Below, piece by piece: positions 26,201-38,200 of a stretch of DNA of 64,000 nucleotides (positions are counted from its first letter, which is position 1; each line of letters starts with the position of its first letter). The stretch lies in NCBI GenBank assembly GCA_000934665.2, contig KZ538355.1, positions 1 to 64,000 of the forward strand, given 5' to 3'. This stretch comes from Catajapyx aquilonaris (taxonomy: Eukaryota). A model generated the notes under the pieces. That model had not been told where the DNA came from and did no database searches. It was given only the letters and a program-made list of their open reading frames with translations. Position numbers and translations under genes: made by a program.

Positions 26201-29200
26201 TACGCTGCTGTTTTTGTTAGTAGTGCAATACATCGTGTAAATATACATATAACATAATTCTAAAATAAGCGTATCTTTATCTGGAAATAACACCATACAG
26301 GATCGTCCAACAATAAAGGAATACTGCTTACAAAATTCTTAATATTTAGCTGATTTATATTAACCATAAGTTATTAGGTTACACGTAGCAATTCAATAAT
26401 ATAATCTCTTACACTTTCCCTTGTGGGTCATTAAAAGCAATAGCCATCATAGGCACTGCTTTTTTGAACCATGAGAAGAAGTGTAAACAGTTACAGTATA
26501 TTGAATTGCTACACACAACCTAATTTATAGTTACTGGAAATCAGCCAAATGAGCAGAATTTGGTAAGCAATGTTCCTCCCTTGTTGGACCATCCTGTATA
26601 TGGCACCTGTAAGAGAAAATGTCACTGATTTTGTCTAGAGTTTAGGAATATGATACTTCAACATTCCATATTTGCCACCGTTTGCCACATTTAGGATGTA
26701 ACATCATACTGAGAGACCAAAGCCTAACTTACATGATAAATGGATATTTCAAATATGAGTAATACCTTGGTAATACTTCTAAATTTTAATCCACTCTACT
26801 GATTCAAATGCTTATAAGTTATAAACATTCAAATACCTGATATGCTTGTAAATGTCAAAAACACTTGAATCCTTCTAGAAGGTAATATGATTGTGTTTCC
26901 TGCCAACATTACCAACTCCTAAATTACACTTTTTGTCTTTCAGCAATGATCCAGTTGCATTCTGACATTCTTAACTGGCTCTATGTAATTGTGTATGTTC
27001 CAAGGATTGCTCCATGGAGCATGCACTATGTTGTCAATGCAAATCCGTCCGATGTTACCTCTTGAAAAAAGTTTGGACAATAATACGTAAGACAATATAA
27101 CAGGAGTGACACACAAGTTGTCATGGAGGATGCGAAGGCCATGAGCTGTGGAGAATTGACGACTGTAGAGGTGACATCAGAAACGAGCATGCATGTCCCA
27201 CATAATGAAAATAAAAGGCGTGCGGCATGCGCAGGCAGCATTACATGCAGAAGAGCAAGCCATTCCATGCTACCACAGTGCGCACATGGGCTGCACTCCC
27301 ATCAGCGACAGACCTTTTCTCATGAAAATGCATCACGTTCCAACCTGCCATCAAAATAGCTAATGCTGCTGGGAAGTCACTAGTCCCAGCCAACATCTCT
27401 CACTTATATTTCTCCTATGTGTATAGGGACTACTGTATTGGAATATACAACCCGTGCAAATTGCAAACTGCAGGATGATGTCCATAAGGCAGGATTTGTT
27501 TGTAAGTGACGCAACATCAAGGACGTTGGGGGTTTGGTTGGGTTACATCTAACAGCTAGGTTGCATAAACGAAGGTAAATCCTGAACAAGTAATTCGTAT
27601 GAATAATATTAATCACCCACTTGTCCTGGGTCTACGTAATTTATGCAACTGGCCCTAGGTACATCAGTCACTTGACCCTTTGTTTGGAATGACTGAAAGT
27701 TTTGGCCCTCAGTTTATTAGGGGAGCATTTAAAAATTTTCGTCATTGTTATCATGGCACAGCCTCAGAAAGTGGATGTATGGTTATGAATAGATAAGTAA
27801 ATAACTTAGTTTCTGAAATATTTATGCCATATAATGCTGAACACCCAAAAATAAGATGTGGTACAGAAAAGAAAATTCTCATGCCCAACTGAGCATGTTT
27901 GAATGAATTTGAGCATAGCATCTTTCCATGTCCAGAGTTAGCCAAGTGTTCGAAGACTGCTGGAGGGCTATCGTTACACCCTCCCCCGGAGACCCCGGCG
28001 ATATGGTTCGCCGCAGGCCTAGAAAAGAGCGAGCGAAGCGAGTGGTTTTCTAGCCCTGAGCTCTAGGAAAATGCGAGCGGAGCGAGGGTTTTCTTAGTGC
28101 ACATATTAAATTGCTCAAATTAAAACAATTTAGGGTAGTTTCCTTAGATTGATGCATCCTTAGATTGCTGCGTTATGTATTATCTTGGTGATCAGACCAT
28201 GCGCCTAATTCCGACCACCATGCTATCTCCGTGGTAACGTGTTGCAAATTGCCGGTGACAGTGGTAAAATGTCACAAAGACGGAATTGCTGAGCTGGCAG
28301 TATACTAATGCGAACATCCGTGCATTGTACAACCTTTGACACCAGTTGGTCTGTAAACGCATGGTGGACTGCAGTGCATTATTGGCCATCATTTCCCAGC
28401 AATTTATTAAAGCTATGCTATTCAATAATTTATTTCAGCCTATGATGTTGCTACACTGTTTATTTGCTGATAGGACGCTCCAGAAATGGAAAATTCCACA
28501 AATCGTCCATGTGAGTGTAACACTACTAGCATCATTACCTATGTCTGTACGTATGCAAAATAATTACAAATTTATGTAAAACTACCCTCAGCGTTTACGT
28601 ACAGCATAACCTCTGTTATGAAATGTAAATGAATATTGTGGTTAGGCTTAGGTCTCATCCCAAAGCTGTCGCATTTTATATGTGCAAATATACAAATATT
28701 CCAAAATCCGAATTCCGAAAGACTGTCGGTCCCAAACATTTTGAATAAAGGATTCTCAACTTGAACCAATCATAAAGGAGTGTTTATGAAGTTTCCATAG
28801 TAACAGCTAAGCAACCACGGCAGCCTTGGACTAGACGGGGCATAGCAGAAATACGCAAGTGATCTCAAGGGTACGTAATATTAGTCATTTTCCGGTTGAA
28901 CTGGTGCCAACAACTGACTGGGGATCATGTTCTGCGACCTTCCAGGTTTGGAGGCTCGGAATCTCTTACTTCTAGCTTATTGGACTGGCAAGAAATGAAG
29001 ACTGGGCTCGGTAATGGTACTGACTTAAAAGTTTGCATACCGGTACAGGTTTCGTTCTTGAATAAATTCGCCGAAGATCATGTTGCAGCATATGAGGAGC
29101 CCGCCTATACAGAGCTGGAGACGATGCCATCGTCTTTCTCAAGTGTCTAGCTCTAGACGATGCTTTATGAATTGAAGAATAGAACAAGGGCCAGAGTAAA

Positions 29201-32200
29201 ATATAGATATACTGTTTTTGAATTAATATATTATATTACATCTGCTTAATGTTGCGGTGGCCCTGGCAGACTTGCGTAAAATATAGGGTTGTCAAGACTA
29301 TTAGTGTGACTCGAACATTCATTATTATTATTATTCTGCATCACCTCCATGTGTCTAGCCAGCCGGACTCAGCCCTTGTTCTGCTAGGTTATTCAATTTT
29401 ATTAATTTTTATTTAAAAACTACTCTACCGGAGGTAATAATGGATCAAGAATATTATAGCTAAATAATTCACGTGCAGTTAGCTTCACGTCAGGGCAGTG
29501 AATCTCGTGACTGGTCATATTTTCATAGCTTGCAGAAATTCTCTCAAATGTAGGGTATTTAAGTCATGCTAGCACATGCATTCATTACAAGGTGGATAGC
29601 ATTGTATCTTAAGTGAGGTTGAGTAATTCAACTGAATGCAAGATATAAATGTATAGGCCTAATTAATTATTCTAGCTTCCAGTTCATTAATTGCAATTCT
29701 ACTGTAGAATCCAGAGTAGGCATGGCAGATTTTTCTTCTCCACATATTGCGATTATCTGCACATATGCAGGGTGAAACTGTCATCACAGTCTGAGAGGTA
29801 TTGCAGATGTGAGTAATAGTAATTGACTAGAAAGGTAAGTCAAAGCTGCCTTGCCACATAGGCTATAATAGTGCTCTGTGTTTGTAATAGTTGGCAGAGA
29901 AGAGCAGACTACAACAAAAGGACACCACAGGTTTTACTTGTGAGTTTGACTAATAAGGGCATTATACAGTACATCAAGATGAATACAGGCAAGGCCAATG
30001 GGTCAGTGACATGCACCAGAGCCATATATGGGATATGTAGGGATGTGTGACGTCCTTTACCAACACTCCCTATGAGAAAACGCGCTTCCTAAACTCTCAC
30101 CGGAGAAAGATGACCTGGGTTGAAGCCTTGGCGTGTGTGCATGGCAATGATCGCGGGGGACGTTCCAAAAGTCTTACCTAGATTACATGACATGGTACAG
30201 CTGTGCTTGTGACATAGCACACTGTACAGAGCCAGTGGTCAGGGCAGCCTCTCTCCTCTTTCCCAAGCTTTGAGTGAGCAAGCACAAGTCAGTGTTGCTT
30301 TCGTCGTGCCCTAGATTCTAACATACGGGGGAAACAATCGAAAAAGTTGTGACCTGGCAAAACTCCTCCGACGCGACCAAGCACCCCTGAGTTGTTAGTG
30401 TGCTAAGAAAAGGAGGTGCAAGTAGTGTGTGCAATATACCTGAAAGACTGTGACAATGGCCCAAAGGAGGGAGTCAAAGTTCTTTCGGTCACACGTCACC
30501 TTCCCATCGGGGTCCTGACTGCAGAATTTGCATCCGAATAGGTTCATGCCCAGAATGCTAGAACGGAGATGGGAAGGTGTGAGTGTGGGGGAAGGGCATG
30601 CTTCCGTCCATTCAAGATGACGTCTGGATGGGATGTGACAACAATGCACAACAGGTTTGTGCTCTTCCGGGTGCTACCAGTGATGAGGTTGGTTCAAACC
30701 CCACCCTGCATGTGCCAAAAACACACTCGTCTCATTGCTCTCCCCATGTTGCACTGCAGGCATTCCCACACGTGCCAAAGACGAGTTTCCGTATGCTGTC
30801 TTGTGCATCTAGTTTTGTGCTGCTCGGAAAAGCAATACATATCCAAACAAACGGGCACCACAGAGTGATAGTCTAGTGGTAGTATAGGGCAGTGATGATG
30901 CTAGTATCAAGACTCAACAGTAGCTACACGAGAGGACAAAGTGGACGCAAAGAAACTGTGACATGGTTATTAAGGACACTTTGCCTATGAATCAGGGAAG
31001 ATTCCTAGGTGCAGAGTATTTTGGTGAACATAATATTGACTGAACATAACAATCCTAGATCAAGTTGAGTTCCTTCGGAGCAAAAGTGACTTTACAACCA
31101 CTTTGTACTGTATGTCTAAATTAACCTATGTATGACACCTGTCATGATCATCTTATTGTATTGTAGTCTAATGTTTTGTAAGGGAATCTATGTGCGCGAC
31201 TACAGGTATCCTATCTATAGGTAGTCTATCGCTGACCCCCACCCAGCACACAAGTCGACGACAGCAACTACAGACTAGTAAACTTCTAGGTAAGAGCAGA
31301 GTGGGGGAAGGAAGAGGATGTGCTGGATAAGAATAATGGGGGATGGATGAGGTGAACGATTACTAAGCAAACTATACAATGCTACTTTGTAAGATAGCTA
31401 CAGACCACTTGCTGCTCATGACCTGGTGTTCACAGGGTCACCAATTCAACATAAATTAATTTATACTTTATAGTACATTTTGTACCCTCCCAGCTGTAAG
31501 AGGTGACACCTTTAGAACACCTGGTGCATGGGTTCGGAAGAAGACTTATTTATTTATATATCAAATCAATAGCAGCTACTGCACTCTTATCCAGCAGCAT
31601 ACGCAGGATTGGACTTTTGCTATGCAAACCTCGAAATCCAGTGTTTGGAGACTTGTTGAATTACCTTACTGTGGTGGACCGAATTAATGTTACAGACAGT
31701 TAGGAGCAGTTTACAGTGTGAGCATTTTTGGTACTAACAATTAAGTAACGTGCCCAACAGTGAAATAATAAAACACTTTAGTCATTTTAGCAGTTGCAGC
31801 TAAGCCACTTCGTGAGTTGATTGTCAGTGAGCGTAATGTAATCACTGGCCCAAGCAACAGAGAGTGGTATGTTGTTTTATTCGTCATGTCAGATTTGTTA
31901 GGAATGGCAGTAAAATGTAGTCTACATCAGACTAAATGTAAGTCACTGAAACTACTGTACTTATATGCATATAAGTTAACTGTTACAAACGTTATTATTG
32001 CTAATATTCATATAAGCATAAATAGTATTAGATATTATCCATTGCTTCGGCCAGTGAATGACAATGTAATTATTTTTATATGGTAGAGTAGAAAGATGGG
32101 ATTTCGAAGCCTGCCGGCCTGCCTGCCTGTGACACTATAAGTCAGTAAGTGCTGCTTGCACAGAAGTTTGCCAAGGAGATTGTATACACTCAAATGCTGC

Positions 32201-35200
32201 TGGCTAGCTTGTAAAGAATAAGAAAGCAAACGCTTCCCTATGAACAGAATGTCGGAACAAGCGACAGCTGCTGCATCTATCAAGCGCACTGCCAACATGA
32301 GAAGAGACGGTCTCAACATCTCCCTTGTCACCTCAACTACCCTTACTACTCTGTCAGTTATATCCTGCCATATTGTTGGAGTCTAATTAGAAACATAAGC
32401 TATTTCATCCTTAGACTTCGATCCTCCTGCAACTGAAAGTCAGTTGGGCATGCAGCAAGTAATAGTGTGATACTCCAACTTGTAATCATGTTATGATAAT
32501 ATAGCAGCAATATCCCCCACCCTTGTGCACTGACCTGAATATGAAAATGAAGAGCACCAAGAGCGCAAAGAAGACAGCCACGTTGTCCATTGTCCTTAAC
32601 ATGACAAACAGCTGGCGACGAAGGTTTGGCAGGAAGCGGACCAGTTTGAGTATGCGCAGCAGGCGAAATGTGCGCAAGACGGACAGGCTGGAATTTCCGG
32701 CATTCTCTGCTCCACCAGATGCCAGTCCTTGAGACAACTCTACCACGCTGTAGGACAATACATGATGTTTTTATTAGGCACGAAATGAACTGTATGTGCA
32801 GTACATTGCTGCATGACTTACCTTAGCACCACGATAATTCCATCAAAGACATTAAAGCCATTGCTGAGATAGCCTAAGAGGCCTTCAGCTATGAGCTTGA
32901 GCAGCATTTCCACAGCAAAGATGGCGGAGAAAACAATGTTGCTAGTTTCGACCATCATCGTCAATTCTTTGGGCTGAAGACAATAAGAACGTGTTACATA
33001 GGTAGGAAAAAACCTACACCACTGATGTCACCATGAAAGTAGGATTTGTGATTAGTTCTTCAGAAAGATACGTAAATACTCGTATTTGTCCAAGATCACC
33101 ATGGCGTGAGCGCATATGTATTCAGGTCTTGACCGCAGCTTGAATACATTGCGAGAATATCCCTGGTATGCGTTTGCAAGTCTAAATCCTCCTTTTTGTT
33201 CCTTTTCAAAAGTCATACTTCCATGGAGACATGACTCATTTGACACCTACCTGTTTGTGGTATTCGATGCCCATACTGAGAGTATTGATGAGAATTGCAA
33301 AGAGAATACCCTGTTGAAAGTATTTGTGCTCAACCAAAGCCTTAATCACTCTGTGGATGCGATTCCACAGGAGACATAAGCAACTGGCCTTCCGCACTAG
33401 CTGTTGCTCTTCTTCTGACCAGTCCATATCCTCTTCAAAGTCCTCCACCTCTGATCCTGACCACTCTCCATCGCCACTTGTGTCATCCTGAGGTGCGGAC
33501 TTGCAACCATTTTCAGGCGCTTCAGCCACAGTGAGTGCTGGAGCAGACAAATGCAATTTGTTTTCTTTGACCAGAAGCTGAGTGACATCAGTGTCCAGAT
33601 GTGCCGGTAATGTGGCGTGCAATGCCCCACTGAGTGCCAAGAGTTCTGGACATGTCAAAGGACTGGCAGCAAGGCCTCCAGTGCTGGGCCGCTGGGAGAA
33701 GGCAAAAGAGAAGGAGCGTGGACGCCATTGCTCATTCTTATCCAGGGCCTCATCTGTCTGAGTGGTCCTCTCCCTAGAGCAGACATTGAGAGCCTCGCTG
33801 GAAGCTCCATTTTCACCGTGCAACAGCACGACGTCACTGAACATAACAGAACTACGACGACGCTGGCTCTGCGGAGTGGGATTGAGGTATGTCATGCTAC
33901 CCGTCCCTGATTCCTCCCCTCCCGTAGCACCAACAATCGTCATGTCTCCCTCAGAACTGCCATTGTTCCCGCTAGGCACTTTGAGCAGGATGGGCTTTCT
34001 GGGACTGGCCACAGGGTCCACATCAGACACCTCAGGACTAGCTCTTGGTGCATGAGAGACAACCTGCTGAGCACCGGAAGAACGGCTGTCTTTTGGTGAG
34101 GTGCATGGGCCACTGTCATCGGATGGATCGTTGTTGTTATTGTTGTTGCTGCTGCTACTGCTATGGTTATTGTTGCTGCAGCTGTTGTTGTAGCAGGGGC
34201 TGACTTGAGGTTCTTCTTCCGCAGCAGTCAGAACAGCAGCTTCTCCCTGTTGGGCTCGCCTCCTGCGTTTTCTCTTGAGGCTGAAAGACCTGTTGTCGAA
34301 GAGGCAGCAGGATCCAGACTGTTGCTACTCACAAGCATCTCACCCCCAGGTAGCACCGTCGGTCTTGAAGACGTTTATGTTTTATCCCTTACTAAACACG
34401 ATGCACCTAATGTACTTTATTCACCGTGCAATATTCATTCATTGTTCAAAGTCGTCACGTGCCCTCATTAAACCGAATAATACTGGGAACTCAATGTCCA
34501 TGCAGTCTCATTATCGACGAGCAAGGACGAACAGTCATGCAAAAACTATTAGATGAAAGTATTCTGCATTACATCAATATCTTTAAATTCATTCTGGAAC
34601 AATTCCCTGGCACCATTTGGTACCATGCATTTGAAGGAAAATGACATGCAAATGTGAGTGGAGATTGATGCCACTATGGCTACAATAACGAAAAATTTAC
34701 GTCAGATGATCATAATTTCTGGGGAGTAATTTAAAAAAATTCTATAATATATGTTCCTAAATTCTTCAACCGTGTGTGACTTGACACTTGGAAAGGTATA
34801 GCAAGTTGACAGGTACAGAAGTAGGCCTATGGGAAGAGATTCAGGAACTCAACAGGTTTGAAATAGCTGACAATGAAAATATTAATATTAACAGAATGCA
34901 ATTCTTTCCCTTGGCTACAATATTACAAAGGCCTACTTTTTTTTCTTAGTGACAACATTCCCTGCATCTGAATACCGCCATCGTAACCTAGTAAGCAACA
35001 AGCTGACTCACATTTGAAATTCACCGGCACTTTGAATGAAACGTTCAGAGCCAAACGGAGACCCATATACACACGAATACCGTCACCGCATATCACAGGC
35101 GAGAATGGGATGCCACGCACATACGTACTGTACGTCTCCTAGCCTACACGTGCTACCTGGGTCTCCACATGCTCTGCTCACCTGGGGACTTGCCGGGCCT

Positions 35201-38200
35201 GGCGCTGATTGCGGCGTCTCTGCTTCCAGTAGCGAGCCCAACGCCTTTTGGAGCGTCGGTACAGGTGGGCAACGTACTTGACGATTTGGGCATAGCACGA
35301 GGCTGGTTCAGATGTGGTGGTACTGGCAAGGGTGCTGGTCGATTGGTATCGTGCTCTCTCTAGCCTCATGCGCTCCATTTCCCGTTTCTTTGTCTCGGAG
35401 AATTGGGTAGCAATCACAACCAAGCACAAATTGATCATGAAGAAGGATCCAATCTGAAACGACAAGTGGTCGGTTTACTTCTTGTGGATAAGAGGTTGTC
35501 AGCGAAGGCTGTTGTTAGAATAACGGGAAGGCCATGATCAATATAAAAATTATTCGATATAATTATTATTCATGAGTAGCCTTCCCAGCACACTGCTGAC
35601 TTCATTTGGGACAATCATACTCACCACAATGAGAAGCACAAAGTATATCCAATCCCAAAAGGAATGTGCGTCCTGAACGTAGTACATGATGTCAGTCCAT
35701 CCTTCCAGACTGATGACCTACGCAGACCAAAAGTTCCATAGTGATTAGATAATAAAATAAAACGTAGCATACTCATAAAATATTACGTACCAAGAAAATC
35801 GCAACCCAGGCCAATCCAATGTTGTCGAATGAAATGGCTCCCTGGAAAGGGTTGGAATCACTCATGTTGCAGGTGTTGTAATACTGGTTCCAGTTGACAC
35901 ATGACTCTGTGGTTGGCAAGTTGTCACTGTCGTCTTTGGCTGTTTCGTTGCATTCCATGTCATTGCTGCGGAATGGCGGCAAGTCTGTGCATCGGTGCAT
36001 GCCATTGTCTTTCTCCAATGAACATATGTAGTCTTTCTCGATGTCTTGTTGGTAACGATAGTAGTGTGCCAGCGGTCTGGTGAATATACAAATTGTTGAA
36101 ACATTGTATCGAATTGCTGCTTTGTACTCTCCATGCGAAATATTGTTTTCCAGAAAATTATTATTATAGCCATTGGTGTTTCATAACATACCAATATCAT
36201 ACCGTTTTAATTTGTTCTTTATTACGTATTATTAATTCCTTCATAGTTTATAATAATTGCAACAGCAATAATGCATGTACTCGTATTTGTAAATATGACA
36301 GTTTTTTTACATTATCTGCTATTCCCTATTTTATTTGAGCATGGATATTGGATTCGAATTTTCAAATAAAGAGCTACAGTAATGTTGATAGTTCCTTCTG
36401 ACGCCAGACATAAATTTGTGACAATCAGTAACAATTTTAACTCACCCTAGGCACAAAGTAGCAGTTACTATAATTATATGTATCAAAAAATAGTAACTTC
36501 TATGTCAGTAAGGTGGTGCTCTGTCTAGGCATGAGCAATCATCCAGGAGAGATATTAGGGGACTTGCTACAAGATAGAGTAGTTGCAAGCAAATGGCTAA
36601 ACCAATCTGCATGTCAGAGGTAGTCCATGCACACACAGCACGTCTTCCGTAAGGTCCACCTGAAGTTTTGGTTAGTCACAAAAGCAAACACTTTTGGATT
36701 AGTAAGCCAGTGGATGCTGTTAGCGGTGGCCAACAGCCAATGCCAATGGAACTCGACAGTGCAGTGGGCTCGCTTCCGCCTCCATACAATTACTTTCTGA
36801 GATTTTGAAAAATCTAACTTGGGATTTTTCTTACACAGGGAGGTATTGTTTTGAAGCTCAGGAAGGGTAAGCCAGATGATAAGTGCTTCTTTATAACTTA
36901 CATTAAAATAAAATGGAATGATTCAAAAAGGTAATAATGTAGACTATACAGGGCGTCTCAACTTTTTTGTCGGAACAGTTATTGGAAATATTGCACTAAG
37001 CTGCTACTTTGTAAGCAGTGTATGCCACTTCCACCTAAGTTTCGCAGGGAATATTCCCCATTCCTCCGACAAACCGGTTGCAAGTTACTGCTTACAAGTA
37101 GTAGCTTATAATGCAATATTTCCGATAACTGTTCGGACAAAAGAGTTGAGACACCCTGTATAAACATTCCTACTGTGAGCTGATCACTTCAGGAATTTTG
37201 TAATCCAGTACTAAAATTTTTATTGGATCTGTTAGACACGACATACGCGAAAAGTCTCCGAAAGGCATGAAAATGAATAATTCCATATTGGTGTCTTCGT
37301 GGACGTGTCCTTTCAACAAAAATGCTTACGGGTCTTAAATAATCCAAAGGGAAATTATGTGCCTAATTCCACGAGCACTAAAGAAATTGAAATCTCCGCC
37401 AAAAAAGGAGTTACGCAAGTTTCAAGATTTGAATCCAGTTCCCTGTAGATCTGGAGATGAATGTTTGATCCCCTCCGTCCTTTCCGTCTCTTATCGTTCT
37501 CTAATTAAGGTAATTATAGACTTGTAATAGTCTACAGCGTGCCTCTTTTTTCCTTTGAATTTCAAACTCAGTGACGGGCTCAACAAACTGCTGCGTCATA
37601 TTTCTTGAAGAAAGTGCAGATCCAAGAAACCGTAATGGTTGGCACGAAAAAAAAGAACAAATAGTCACAACAGAAGCAAGTTTCAATTTGGAAGCTGCCG
37701 AGCGTGAAAATGGTCTGACGAAGAGAGTGTGACGAGAAGCCTCGTGTACACAGCCTCACCAACTGCCCTCTGGCAACCACTCCTACTGTGCAAGTATCAA
37801 CTGGGTTGAGGAAGAGGGGGAAGCAGAGCACACACTATCGCTTAAAGGAATCCTTTGGCCTTCACTGGAAGCCAAGCTCAAGGCTCGAACATGGCACCTG
37901 AAGGAGGAGGAGGAAGAGCTTACAAAGTGCTTTTCACCTTCTGACTGTATATGTCGCTCAGTTTTCTGTAATGGAAACAATCGGAAAATTAAATACGCGG
38001 CTGAACGTATTGGTCATTGTTAGAAAAAAAACGTTCGTCGAAAGACTATAAAAGATCGTAAAGAGAACGTTTAGTACCCAATAAAAAATTATGTCACTAT
38101 TGGAGAGTGGAGATTCACCATGAATATAATGCTGCCTTCAGTGGCTAATGCAGCCGCTATGGCGGTATGGTTTGTGGGGAGAGCCGTTTGGGGCTTCCAA

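Noticed and set aside
8399..34471. Plus-strand ORFs overlapping Cav3 exons (for example 8399, 11737, 32523, 33762)
   Set aside because: Antisense shadows of real coding exons.
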